Assembly: GCA_902805585.1 (NCBI GenBank)
Contig: CADCTO010000001.1
Location: 1-50,194, forward strand
Direction: 5' to 3'
DNA from: an uncultured Armatimonadetes bacterium
GTDB taxonomy: Bacteria; Armatimonadota; Armatimonadia; Armatimonadales; Armatimonadaceae
DNA: 50,194 bases
Both the position numbers and the translations under genes were made by a program. The first letter of the stretch is position 1, and each line of letters starts with the position of its first letter. Under the pieces are notes generated by a model. The model saw only the letters and a list, made by a program, of their open reading frames with translations, had not been told where the DNA came from and searched no databases. Of this stretch, positions 9,027-18,162 are shown piece after piece.

Positions 9027-10988
9027 CTATGAACTTTTCCGGTACTGGAACGGGTAGCTCTTCACGATCTCCAGGATCAAAGTCGAGCTGCGGTAGCCGT
9101 CCTTTTCGAGCCGGGTCGTGATTCGGCGCACGGCCGGAAGGTCGTACGGCTCCAGGCCCCGCCCGAGGGAATACGACAACATTTTCTCGGCCAGGTTACG
9201 CACGAAGTCTTCCTTGCGCGTCAGCAGGTGCTTCTTAAGCTCCGACGGCCCGACGAACTTTTCGCCGTTGGCCAGCGTACCGGCCGCGTCCACCGGCGCC
9301 CCGCCGATCTCGTCGCGCCAGCGGCCGATGCCGTCGAAATTCTCCAGGCCGAAGCCCAGCGGGTCCATCCGCACGTGGCACGACACGCATTCGGGCTTTT
9401 CCCGGTGCTTCTCCAGCCGCTGCCGGAAGGTCAGCCCTTCCTTGGGCGCGTCTTCCTGGCCCAGGACGGCCACGACCGCCGGCGGGGGCGGCGCCGGGGT
9501 GCCGAGGATCTCCTCCAGAACCCACTTTCCGCGCAGGACCGGGCTCGTGCGCTGCGGATAGGACGTGAGGGTCAGCACGCTCGCCATCGTCAGCACCCCG
9601 CCGCGCCGCCCGTCGGACAGGCGCACGCGGCGCAGCTTCGGCCCGGTCACGTTCGGGATGTTGTAGTGCTTGGCGAGGTCTTCGTTCAGATACGTGTAGC
9701 CGGCGTCGAGCAGGTGGAGCAGGTTGCGGTCCTCGCGGAGCACGTCGTCCACGAACGCGATGGTCTCGCCGTACATGGCGTCGCGCAGCGCGGGCGTGAA
9801 GCCGGGGAACCGGCGCGGGTCGGGGTTCGAGACCGTGTACAGGTCGCGCACCCGGAGCCACTGCCCGGCGAAGCTGTCCGCGAGCGCCGCGGATTTGGGG
9901 CTCTTCAGCATCCGCTGTACCTGCTGCTCCAGCACCTTCGGGTCGCGCAGGCGCTTCTGCGCCGCGAGCTTGAAGAGGGTGTCGTCCGGCATCGAGGCCC
10001 ACAGGAAGTATGAAAGACGGCTCGCCAGCTCCCAGTCGCTGATCGGGTAGGCCCGGGTGCCGGGGCGGTCCCGCTCGACGCGGAACAGGAAGTTGGGCGA
10101 GATCAGGACGGCCTTGAGCGCGAGCTTGACGGAATCCTCGAACGAGGCGCCGCGCCTGGCGGACCCGTCGTACAGGCGCATCAGCCGATCGACTTCCGGC
10201 GTCTCGACAGGGCGCCGGAACGCCCGCATCGCGTAGTGCCCCACGATCTTGCGGGCCGCCGCGCGCGGTGCCAGCGTCTTCGACGGCCGCACGAAGAAGA
10301 GGCGGGCCGGCTTGGTCTCGTCCAGGATCTCGCCCGCCGCGCCGAGGTAGCGCTCCATCAGGATCGGCGGGACGAACAGCGTGTCGGCGTTGTTGTCGAA
10401 GCCGCCGCCCCCGCCTCCGTCGGCCGGGAACTTGTCCGCGGGCTTGGAGGTCACGCCGAACAGGTCGCGGACGGTGTTGTTGTACTCGGCGCGGCTGAGC
10501 CGGTGGATGAGCACGCGGCCGGGGTTCTTGGGCAGCAGGCTCTCGTCGACGTTGTTCAGGGTGTGCGCCAGCCACTGCGACAGGCGGTCGCGCTGGTCCG
10601 GGCTCGGCTGGGGCATGTTGCTCGGCGGCATGCTGCCTTCGCGCACCGCGGCCAGCACCTTGCGCCAGGTCGCCTGGTCCCGCTGGACCGCCGTCACGGT
10701 CTTGAACGACGACAGGTTCACGCCGCCGCTGGCCTTGGCGTCGCCGTGGCAGCCGGTGCAGAACTGGTCGAGCACGGGACGGATGTGCTGCTCGTACGTG
10801 GCCTGATCGGAGGCGGCCTTCTTCGGGGCGACGGTTTTTGCGGGAGCAGCTTTGGGCTGCTCGCCGCCCCGCGCGATGCCCGCGCCGAGCAGGAGCAGCG
10901 GCATCGCCAGATAGGCCAGCAAGAGTGGGGACGCCTTTCGGCGAAGGGTCAGCGTCTGATCATCCGGTCTGCGGTTACGGCCATGCAT
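9027..10988 (-). CDS. DUF1592/DUF1588/DUF1585/DUF1587/DUF1595-type protein with a cytochrome-c-like CxxCH motif
   Basis: 'FCTGCHGD' haem-binding-like motif near the N-terminus and 'CVSCHVRMDPLGFGLENFDGIGRWRD' near the C-terminus, typical of the Planctomycete PSD/PSCyt family. The start is uncertain: ATG 10988 ('MHGRN') or ATG 11000. The latter overlaps a TATAAT box. Confidence 0.75.
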   Translation of the reverse strand: MHGRNRRPDDQTLTLRRKASPLLLAYLAMPLLLLGAGIARGGEQPKAAPAKTVAPKKAASDQATYEQHIRPVLDQFCTGCHGDAKASGGVNLSSFKTVTAVQRDQATWRKVLAAVREGSMPPSNMPQPSPDQRDRLSQWLAHTLNNVDESLLPKNPGRVLIHRLSRAEYNNTVRDLFGVTSKPADKFPADGGGGGGFDNNADTLFVPPILMERYLGAAGEILDETKPARLFFVRPSKTLAPRAAARKIVGHYAMRAFRRPVETPEVDRLMRLYDGSARRGASFEDSVKLALKAVLISPNFLFRVERDRPGTRAYPISDWELASRLSYFLWASMPDDTLFKLAAQKRLRDPKVLEQQVQRMLKSPKSAALADSFAGQWLRVRDLYTVSNPDPRRFPGFTPALRDAMYGETIAFVDDVLREDRNLLHLLDAGYTYLNEDLAKHYNIPNVTGPKLRRVRLSDGRRGGVLTMASVLTLTSYPQRTSPVLRGKWVLEEILGTPAPPPPAVVAVLGQEDAPKEGLTFRQRLEKHREKPECVSCHVRMDPLGFGLENFDGIGRWRDEIGGAPVDAAGTLANGEKFVGPSELKKHLLTRKEDFVRNLAEKMLSYSLGRGLEPYDLPAVRRITTRLEKDGYRSSTLILEIVKSYPFQYRKSS

Positions 10989-11069
10989 GCTGTCCGTCAT
11001 TATACCGCGAGCCGGGCGGGCGGCGCCAGGCAACGCATGGCATCGTTCCCGCCCGGGGGAGCATCCCGC

Positions 11070-11244
11070 CCGTGAAGGAGCCCCGCCCTGAACGGCGGGC
11101 TGAGGGGAACGCTGCCCGCCTTCGCGGGCGCCGGAAAGTGCATCGCCTCCGGCGGAACAAGGGGCGGTCCCTGCCACCTCCGGCGCCCGCGAAGGCGGGC
11201 AACACTCCCCTCAGCCCGCCGTTCAGGGCGGGGCCTCTTCACGG
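11070..11244. repeat. composite palindromic element (about 63-65-nt arms, about 45-nt centre) in a divergent intergenic region
   Basis: Arm 11072-11134 (gtgaaggagccccgccctgaacggcgggctgaggggaacgctgcccgccttcgcgggcgccgg) against the reverse complement of 11180-11242: 57/63 identical, with mismatches clustered in two patches. Each arm also holds small local hairpins (gcccgc-cttc-gcgggc). Confidence 0.8.
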
Positions 11245-11334
11245 CGGGGCGCGATCCGCGCAGGGGACAGAAGACCGCACCGCGCACGATCGCGAAGCGC
11301 ATCCGGCGTTGCGGCAAGCCCGGCTCCGGTGCGT

Positions 11335-11340
11335 TATAAT
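11335..11340 (+). promoter_or_regulatory. TATAAT -10 box 7 nt upstream of the dusB ATG (leaderless configuration)
   Basis: gcgtTATAATggaagtcATGcgt. No convincing -35 element. Confidence 0.35.
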
Positions 11341-11347
11341 GGAAGTC

Positions 11348-12358
11348 ATGCGTATCGGCGATCTGAACATCTGGCCCGACGTGGTGCTCGCCCCGATGGC
11401 GGGCATCACCGCGCACCCCTTCCGCGTCCTTTGCAAGCGGCACGGGGCCGGGCTCGTCGTCACCGAGCTGATCTCGTCGCACGCCATCCACTACAAGAAC
11501 CAGAAGACCTTCGGCATGTTCGACTGGGACGACGAAGAGCGGCCCGCCTTCTGCCAGCTCTTCGGCGGCGACCCCGACACCATGGCCGAGGCCGCCCGCG
11601 TCGTCGTCGAGCACGGCTGCGACGGCGTGGACATCAACATGGGCTGCTGGGTGCCCAAGGTCGCAAAAACCGGGGCGGGCGCGGCGCTGCTCAAGGACCT
11701 TTGCCAAGCCGAGAAGGTCGTGCGCGCCGTCGTGGACGCCGTGCCCGAGGTCCCCGTGACCGTCAAGGTGCGCTCGGGCTGGGACCCGCGTGACGTCACC
11801 GCCGTCCGCTTCGCCCGCGCCGCCGAACAGGCGGGCGTCAAGGCAGTGACGGTCCACGCCCGGTTCGCCTCGCAGGGCTTCTCCGGCGAAGCCGACTGGG
11901 ACATCATCGGACAGGTGAAAGCGGCGGTCAGCGACATCCCGGTCATCGGCAACGGCGACATCGAGACGCCCCAGGACGCCCGGCGCATGCTCCGCGAAAC
12001 CGGCTGCGACGCCGTGATGGTCGGGCGCGCCGCCATGGGCAACCCGTGGCTGCTCGGGCGCATCGGTTTGTTCCTCGAGACCGGCGTCCTGTCCCCCGAG
12101 CCCACCCCCGAGGAGCGCGTCGCCGTCGCCCGCGAGCACGCCCGCCTGATGGTCGTTCAGGCCGGCGAGAACATCGGCGTGCGCGAGCTGCGCGGCCTGC
12201 TCGGCCACTACTTCAAGGGGCTGACCGGTGCGCCCCGTTTGCGCGAAGCGCTGACCAAGGTGAACACCCTGGCCGAGATCGAGGCCATCCTCGACGGCGC
12301 GCGGGAGCGCCTGACCCAAACGCCCCCCGCCGAGCGCGAGCCCACCGCCGTGGCGTGA
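11348..12358 (+). CDS. dusB: tRNA-dihydrouridine synthase (DusB-like)
   Basis: 'MRIGDLNIWPDVVLAPMAGITAHPFRVLC', 'DINMGCWVPKV', 'VTVKVRSGW' and 'VTVHARF' are Dus family motifs. An alternative ATG lies at 11339. Confidence 0.85.
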   Translation: MRIGDLNIWPDVVLAPMAGITAHPFRVLCKRHGAGLVVTELISSHAIHYKNQKTFGMFDWDDEERPAFCQLFGGDPDTMAEAARVVVEHGCDGVDINMGCWVPKVAKTGAGAALLKDLCQAEKVVRAVVDAVPEVPVTVKVRSGWDPRDVTAVRFARAAEQAGVKAVTVHARFASQGFSGEADWDIIGQVKAAVSDIPVIGNGDIETPQDARRMLRETGCDAVMVGRAAMGNPWLLGRIGLFLETGVLSPEPTPEERVAVAREHARLMVVQAGENIGVRELRGLLGHYFKGLTGAPRLREALTKVNTLAEIEAILDGARERLTQTPPAEREPTAVA

Positions 12359-12430
12359 CCGGCCGGGGCCGGGAACGGGAACCGACACGCTTCCGCCGAC
12401 GTTCCCCTTTAGGAAAGAGACATCACGCCG

Positions 12431-13591
12431 TTGCACCACCCGCTGTCCGCCATCACCTATTTCCGCCGCAATCCCGGCAAAGTGCTGCCGATGGGGTTCG
12501 TCATCGTGCTGTCGGTCTTTTTGATCGCCTCGATCTCCTCGCTCGCCAACAGCATCGACCGCACGATCCTGACCATCTACGGGTACACCAACTACTTCAC
12601 CTACGTCATCCCGCAGCGGGTCACGCAGCGCGTCCCGGAAGAACAGCTCGCCGTCATCCGCGACGACGCGCGCGTGGAACGGGTGATGGAAGCCAGCCTG
12701 TTCTTCACCAACATCAAGACCGTGATGGGGCAGCTCCCGTTCGTCGTGCTCGGTTTGGAGCCCGAGGACCGCGCGTACCTGACGGGGCGCATCGGGACCA
12801 GCCTGCTTTCGGGGCGGATGCCGGCAGAGGGGATGCCCGAGGCGGTCCTGTCGGAGGCGCTGGCGCGCAACAAGAACGTCAAGATCGGCGACGTCATCGC
12901 CGGACCGACGGACGAAGGCGGGATCGCCGGCTCGCCCGTGCCGGTCCGCTGCGTGGGCATCCTGAAGGGCACGGTCTGGATCGCGATGACGACCAAATCC
13001 TTCTGCGACGCCACCTTCCTGACGGCCCCCCGCAGCACCGTGTTCACGACCAGGAACCGGGCGGACCTGACCGCCGTCAACGAGGACCTGATGCCGGCGC
13101 GGCGGCGCACGCAGGGCAAGCTGTCGCCGTCCAAGGTGCTCGTTCTGTCCCGGCAGAACCTGATCAACCAGGTGCGCGACAGCCTTTCGACGCTGTTCCT
13201 GATCATGGGCTTCGTCAACGGGACGGTGATCTTCGTGATCGCGCTGATGAGCGGGATGCTGTCCAACATCTACTTCACGCAGCGCATGGCGGAGTTCGCC
13301 GTGCTGGCCGCCATCGGCTACCAGCGCACCCGTCTGGTCACCCGGATCGTGGGCGAGACGTTCCTGCTGACCTGCATCGGCTGGGCCATCGGCGCGCTGG
13401 TGACGTTCCTCTTTCTGTCGGCGTTCCGGACGACGCTGTTCGAGCCCAAGGGGCTGTTCGTGGACCCGCTCGACCCGTTCGCGTACCGCTACACGATCCC
13501 GATCCCGTTCTCGATCACCCTGTTCGCCGTCGCGACGATCGCGCTGCGGCTGATGCGGCTGGACCCCGTGACGATCATCGAAAGGCGGTAG
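12431..13591 (+). CDS. ABC transporter permease, FtsX/MacB-like
   Basis: 386 aa with an N-terminal TM helix, a large extracytoplasmic domain and three C-terminal TM helices ('FLIMGFVNGTVIFVIALMSGMLSNIYFTQRMAEFAVLAAIGY'). TTG start. Confidence 0.75.
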   Translation: MHHPLSAITYFRRNPGKVLPMGFVIVLSVFLIASISSLANSIDRTILTIYGYTNYFTYVIPQRVTQRVPEEQLAVIRDDARVERVMEASLFFTNIKTVMGQLPFVVLGLEPEDRAYLTGRIGTSLLSGRMPAEGMPEAVLSEALARNKNVKIGDVIAGPTDEGGIAGSPVPVRCVGILKGTVWIAMTTKSFCDATFLTAPRSTVFTTRNRADLTAVNEDLMPARRRTQGKLSPSKVLVLSRQNLINQVRDSLSTLFLIMGFVNGTVIFVIALMSGMLSNIYFTQRMAEFAVLAAIGYQRTRLVTRIVGETFLLTCIGWAIGALVTFLFLSAFRTTLFEPKGLFVDPLDPFAYRYTIPIPFSITLFAVATIALRLMRLDPVTIIERR

Positions 13592-13618
13592 CAGGCAGTG
13601 GGAGGACGTGAAGGCGAG

Positions 13619-14338
13619 ATGCTGGGCTGCGAGCGGGCGTCGCTGGCGTACACGGACGGCGAGCGGACCACGTACGCGCTTCGGGACGTGACGGTCACGC
13701 TCGCGCCGGGGCGTTTCTACGGGATCATGGGGCCGTCCGGTTCGGGGAAGTCGTCGCTGCTGTACGTGCTGTCCGGGCTGAAGCCGCCGACCGAGGGCTC
13801 GGCCCGTTTCGGCGGCTTCGTCTACAACCAGCACTCCAGCGCCGACGTGACGCGGCTCCGCCGCGAAAAGTTCGGCTTCGTGTTCCAGCAGCCGTTCCTG
13901 ATGAGCTATCTTACCGTGGCGGAAAACGTCGTGCTGGCCGCGCCGCAGGTGGACCGGGCCGCGCGCGACAAGGCGGCCCGGTTCCTGGACGATCTGGGCC
14001 TGTCGGACATGATCCACAAATTCCCCTCACAACTTTCGGGCGGCGAGAAGCAGCGGGTGTCCGTGGCGCGCGCCATGATGAACGACCCGGAGGTGATCTT
14101 CGCCGACGAGCCCACCGCCTCGCTCGACCACGCCAACGGCCACCGCGTCGTGGACACCCTCGCCGCGTGGCGCACCCGCGGGACCGTCGTGGTGGTCACG
14201 CACGATCCCGAAATGCTCGCCGACGCCGACGAGGTGCTCCTCCTGCGCGACGGCGTCCTGGTGGAGTCGCGTCCGCCCGAATCGCTACCGAGCGAGCCGA
14301 AGGCGCTCCACAGGACGGGGACGGTCGCGCCGATCTAG
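13619..14338 (+). CDS. ABC transporter ATP-binding protein (MacB/LolD-like)
   Basis: Walker A 'GPSGSGKSSLL', signature 'LSGGEKQRVSVARA', Walker B 'VIFADEPT'. An alternative GTG start lies at 13598. Confidence 0.85.
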   Translation: MLGCERASLAYTDGERTTYALRDVTVTLAPGRFYGIMGPSGSGKSSLLYVLSGLKPPTEGSARFGGFVYNQHSSADVTRLRREKFGFVFQQPFLMSYLTVAENVVLAAPQVDRAARDKAARFLDDLGLSDMIHKFPSQLSGGEKQRVSVARAMMNDPEVIFADEPTASLDHANGHRVVDTLAAWRTRGTVVVVTHDPEMLADADEVLLLRDGVLVESRPPESLPSEPKALHRTGTVAPI

Positions 14339-14341
14339 TTC

Positions 14342-14375
14342 CGTCGGCATGACGGACCGACGTTTTTCCGTTTTA
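14342..14375 (+). terminator. intrinsic terminator after the ABC ATPase gene
   Basis: Stem cgtcgg (14342-14347)/ccgacg (14357-14362), followed by tttttccgtttt. Confidence 0.55.
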
Positions 14376-14546
14376 CTCCTGAATATGCCCCGCCGCTTGC
14401 GGCGCGGGAACCGGTTATCGGGGAGTCCAGAGGGCAGCCCTCTGGCTAAGGGCGGGGTTCATGCCCCGCCCGCAGGGCCGGCGTGCGCGGCGGCGGAGTT
14501 GCGAAGCAACGCAGTCGCAAGCCGCCGTTGACTCCTCTCGGAACGG

Positions 14547-14576
14547 TTGACAACGCCGCGAAACCTGTGCTAACGT
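14547..14576 (+). promoter_or_regulatory. sigma70-type promoter for the pseudopilin operon
   Basis: TTGACA (14547-14552), 18-nt spacer, TAACGT (14571-14576) with an extended TGc. A 5'-UTR hairpin ggcgac-aacttta-gtcgcc follows. Confidence 0.5.
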
Positions 14577-14648
14577 AATGGCGACAACTTTAGTCGCCGA
14601 TGCAGGTGGTCGTAGTTGTTGAAGATAAACCCGCTTGAGGAGACGCTT

Positions 14649-15482
14649 GTGTCTGTGCTTCCACGCCCATCAGTTACGGACCGCCTACGACCCTGCACGC
14701 CGGATCGGCGCACCGGGTTCACCCTGATCGAACTGCTCGTCGTGATCGCCATAATAGCGATCCTGGCGGCCATCCTCTTCCCCGTTTTCGCGCAGGCCAG
14801 AGAGAAGGCGCGGCAGGCGTCGTGCTCCAGCAACCTGAAGCAGATCGGCACCGCGCTGGTGATGTACGTCCAGGACTACGACGAGACCTACCCGAACCGC
14901 CGCTTCGAGCCGTTCGACACGGCGAACAATAACGCGCGCTATGATGACAACAGCTGGCGCTCCGTCATCCAGCCCTACATCAAGAACACGCAGGTCCTGG
15001 CCTGCCCGTCGAACCCGGACAAGGACACGCCCTCCTGGGACCCGGAGTTCCCGGTCTCCTACGCCGCCAACTTCACCGACCCGGCGAACGTCCCGGCCGA
15101 CGGCAAGGGGCGTGGCCTTTTCGGCCAGCAGCGCTCCCCCGGGGTGAGCCTGGCCGAGATCGAGAAGCCGGCGGAACTCATCGCGGTGACCGAGATCGAA
15201 AAGGTGCCGTGGGTGACGTTCGTGGTGGATCGCGGCGACCTGTCGCACACGTGGGCCCTGGGCAAGTACAACGGGCGGACCTTCAGCAACGTCTACACGA
15301 ACGCTCTGTTCAAAGGGCACAGCGGCATGACCAACTACGTCTTCGCCGACGGGCACGTCAAGGCCCTGCGCCCCACGCAGACCTACAAGGCCGGCACGTT
15401 TAACTACTGGTACCGGGACGCCTCCGAGCTTTCCGACCAGGGCAAGGCCGTGCTCACGGCGGCCGAAGCACGCGCCCGGTGA
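14649..15482 (+). CDS. prepilin-type N-terminal cleavage/methylation domain protein, DUF1559 / H-X9-DG family
   Basis: '[45 protein letters not shown]' and the C-terminal '[13 protein letters not shown]' (H-X9-DG region). GTG 14649 is preceded by GAGGAG at 7 nt. The ORF track's TTG is at 14616. Confidence 0.85.
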   Translation: MSVLPRPSVTDRLRPCTPDRRTGFTLIELLVVIAIIAILAAILFPVFAQAREKARQASCSSNLKQIGTALVMYVQDYDETYPNRRFEPFDTANNNARYDDNSWRSVIQPYIKNTQVLACPSNPDKDTPSWDPEFPVSYAANFTDPANVPADGKGRGLFGQQRSPGVSLAEIEKPAELIAVTEIEKVPWVTFVVDRGDLSHTWALGKYNGRTFSNVYTNALFKGHSGMTNYVFADGHVKALRPTQTYKAGTFNYWYRDASELSDQGKAVLTAAEARAR

Positions 15483-16654
15483 GACGGTCTGCGCTGCGCA
15501 GGATCCTGTTCCACCTCCACCTGTACGCCGGCGTGACGCTCGGATTGCTCACCGTCGTGGCGGGCGTGACGGGGAGCCTGCTCGTCTTCCGGCACGAGAT
15601 CGACGCCGTGATCGCCCCCGGTCTGCTCCACGTCCGGCCAAGGGGCGAGCGCGTGCCTTTGCAGGCGGTCGTCGACGCGGCGCGGCGGGCGCATCCGGGG
15701 GCGGTGATCCAGCACCTCTTCCTGTCGCGGGAGCCGGGACAGGCGCACGCGGTGTGGCTGAAGGGGGAGGGCGCGCCCCGCGTGTACGTGGACCCGTACA
15801 CCGGGGCCGTCCTCGGCGCCCGCGCCCCCGAGGGGACCGCCACCGGCTGGCTCTTCGCGCTGCACACCGAGCTTCTGACCGGCACGCGCGGGGAGGTCGT
15901 GGTGCTGATCGGCGCCCTGTCGCTCGTCCTGCTGAGCGTGACGGGCCTGCTGCTGTGGTGGCCCTCGGCGTGGAGGCTGTTGCGATCCGCCGTGACCGTG
16001 AAGTGGCGCGCGGGGTGGCGGCGGGCTACTTTCGACCTGCACCGGGCGTTCGGCTTCTGGGCGGCGGGCCTGCTGTGCCTGGCGGCGGTGTCCGGCGCGA
16101 CGTTCGTGCCCCCGTTCCGCGACTGGTTCGCGTCCGCAGTCACCGCAGCCACCGGGGCGCCGGCGCGCGCGCCGGCGCCCAAAGTCGTGCCGCCGCGCAC
16201 CGGCGCCGAACCGCTTCCCGTGGACGTGCACGTGGCGAACGCGGAGGCGGCCCTGACGGGCGGTCGCGTGACGCGCATCGGCCTGCCGGCGAAGCCGGAC
16301 GCGCCGATCGTCGTGCGTAAATGGACCCCGGGCGAGCTGCACCCGAACGGGATGAACTTCGTGTATCTCGACCCGTACACGGCGCGCGTGCTGAAGGTGG
16401 AGCGCTCGGACGCCGCGTCCACGGGCCCGCGCCTGATGAACCTGCGCTACCCCGTGCATATCGGCGTCTGGGGCGGGACGCTGACCCGCGTGCTGTACGT
16501 GCTGCTCGGGCTCGCGCCGCTCGCGCTGCTGGTCAGCGGCTGCGTGATGTGGTGGAACCGGGTGGCGGCGCCGCAACGTGTCCGGCGTGGCGCGGCGCGC
16601 GCCGGGTATCCGGTGCGGGCGCGTGCTACGCCTCCAGCTGAAGGAACAGGTTGA
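15479..16654 (+). CDS. PepSY-associated TM helix domain protein (PiuB-like)
   Basis: '[37 protein letters not shown]', '[10 protein letters not shown]', 'LHRAFGFW' and the C-terminal '[10 protein letters not shown]'. The GTG start overlaps the pseudopilin stop (GTGA). Confidence 0.8.
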   Translation: MRRSALRRILFHLHLYAGVTLGLLTVVAGVTGSLLVFRHEIDAVIAPGLLHVRPRGERVPLQAVVDAARRAHPGAVIQHLFLSREPGQAHAVWLKGEGAPRVYVDPYTGAVLGARAPEGTATGWLFALHTELLTGTRGEVVVLIGALSLVLLSVTGLLLWWPSAWRLLRSAVTVKWRAGWRRATFDLHRAFGFWAAGLLCLAAVSGATFVPPFRDWFASAVTAATGAPARAPAPKVVPPRTGAEPLPVDVHVANAEAALTGGRVTRIGLPAKPDAPIVVRKWTPGELHPNGMNFVYLDPYTARVLKVERSDAASTGPRLMNLRYPVHIGVWGGTLTRVLYVLLGLAPLALLVSGCVMWWNRVAAPQRVRRGAARAGYPVRARATPPAEGTG

Positions 16655-18020
16655 TCAGCGCTTCGGACAGGGTCGGGTGGGCGAGGATCGTGTCCCGCAC
16701 GTCGGTGTAAGACAAGCCGCCGCGCATCGCCATCTGCACGACCGACATGATCTCGCCGCCCTCCCGGCACAGCAGGGCGCACCCCAGTATTCGGCCGGTA
16801 TCCTCTTCCACGACCGCTTTCAGGAAGCCGCGCGTTTCTCCCGTTTCGACCGTGCGCGCCGCCTCCGTCATGGGCAGCTTCGCGACCCGGATGCGGCGTC
16901 CGTCCGCCCGCGCCTCCCGTTCGGTCATCCCCACCCGGCCGAGCTGCGGGTCGATGAACACGGTGTAGGGGATGATGCGGCCTTCGGTCGTGGCGTTCTC
17001 CCCGCCCAACAGGTTGCGCGAAAGGATGCGGAAGTCGTCATACGAGACGTGCGTGAAGGCGGGGCCGCCCGTCACGTCGCCCATCGCCCACACGCCCGGC
17101 GCGCTGGTCGCGAGTCGTTCGTCCACACGGACGTAGCCGGCGTCGTCCGTCTCCACGCCCGCCGTTTCCAGGCCAAGTCCGTCGGTGTTGGGCACCCGGC
17201 CCGTCGCGACCAGGAGGTGGGAGCCGGCAAGCATCGGCGGGCTGGCGTCGCCGCGCACCGTCAACGCGACCTCCCCGCCTGACGACTGCGCGCGAACCGC
17301 TTCCGCGCGCAGCCGAACGTCGACGCCGTCCTCCCGCAGGATGTCGGCGACCGCGGCGGCGACGTCCTCGTCCTCGCCGGGCAGCAACCGGTCGCCCTGC
17401 TCGACGATCGTCACGCGGCTCCCGAATCGGCGGAACATCTGCGCGAACTCCAGCCCGATGTAGCCGCCGCCCAGGATGATCAGGTGCGGCGGAAGGGCAT
17501 CGTCCATCTCCAGGATCGACGTGGAGTCCAGGTACGGGATCTCCCGGAGTCCCTCGATGGGCGGCGCGGCGGGCCGCGTGCCGGTGTCGATGACGATCCG
17601 ATCGGCGGTGAGCGACAGCTCCTCACCATTAGCTCGCTGCCGCACCGAAAGCGTCTTCGGGCCGGTGAAGCGCGCCTCGCCGAAGATCAGGTCCAGCCCG
17701 TTCGTCGCTTCGAGTTGCCGCCGCGACTCGTGGCGGAAACGGCGGACGATGTTATCCCTGCGCCGCCGCACGGCCGCCACGTCCACCTCGACGGGCCCGG
17801 TGCGGACGCCGTACTCGTGTGCCCGGCGCGCCAGGTGGGCCACGTGCGCACTCGCCAGCATCGTCTTCGTGGGCGTGCAGCCGCGGTTCGTGCAGGTCCC
17901 GCCGACCTGCCCCCGCTCGATCAGCGCCGTTTTGCGCCCCGCTCCCGCCAGCGCCCGGCTCAGCGGGTCCGCCCCGTGCCCGGCGCCGATCACGATCGCG
18001 TCGTAGTGCTCCACTGCCAT
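16626..18020 (-). CDS. class I pyridine nucleotide-disulfide oxidoreductase (dihydrolipoyl dehydrogenase / MerA-like, no metal-binding N-domain)
   Basis: 'YDAIVIGAGHG' FAD fold, redox-active 'GGTCTNRGCTPTK', 'LIILGGGYIGLEFA' NAD fold, 'GVWAMGDV' and a dimerisation domain. Its 3' end overlaps the PepSY gene by 29 nt, in convergent orientation. Confidence 0.8.
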   Translation of the reverse strand: MAVEHYDAIVIGAGHGADPLSRALAGAGRKTALIERGQVGGTCTNRGCTPTKTMLASAHVAHLARRAHEYGVRTGPVEVDVAAVRRRRDNIVRRFRHESRRQLEATNGLDLIFGEARFTGPKTLSVRQRANGEELSLTADRIVIDTGTRPAAPPIEGLREIPYLDSTSILEMDDALPPHLIILGGGYIGLEFAQMFRRFGSRVTIVEQGDRLLPGEDEDVAAAVADILREDGVDVRLRAEAVRAQSSGGEVALTVRGDASPPMLAGSHLLVATGRVPNTDGLGLETAGVETDDAGYVRVDERLATSAPGVWAMGDVTGGPAFTHVSYDDFRILSRNLLGGENATTEGRIIPYTVFIDPQLGRVGMTEREARADGRRIRVAKLPMTEAARTVETGETRGFLKAVVEEDTGRILGCALLCREGGEIMSVVQMAMRGGLSYTDVRDTILAHPTLSEALINLFLQLEA

Positions 18021-18127
18021 GCAGACAAGCCCCTTCTGGAAGCCTGCCTTCGGCGAGCGACCGTTCTATTTTACCCGCGCCCGCGGCGTAGCTATCCCGC
18101 TCACGGTGCGGGGAGCAGGCAGCCCGC

Positions 18128-18156
18128 TTGCTGGTGGATTTTGCCCGTGATACCCT
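18128..18156 (+). promoter_or_regulatory. promoter placing the transcription start at or near the ATG of the thioredoxin-fold gene (leaderless)
   Basis: TTGCTG (18128-18133), 17-nt spacer, TACCCT (18151-18156) with an extended TGa. The ATG is 6 nt downstream at 18163. Confidence 0.4.
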
Positions 18157-18162
18157 GACACC

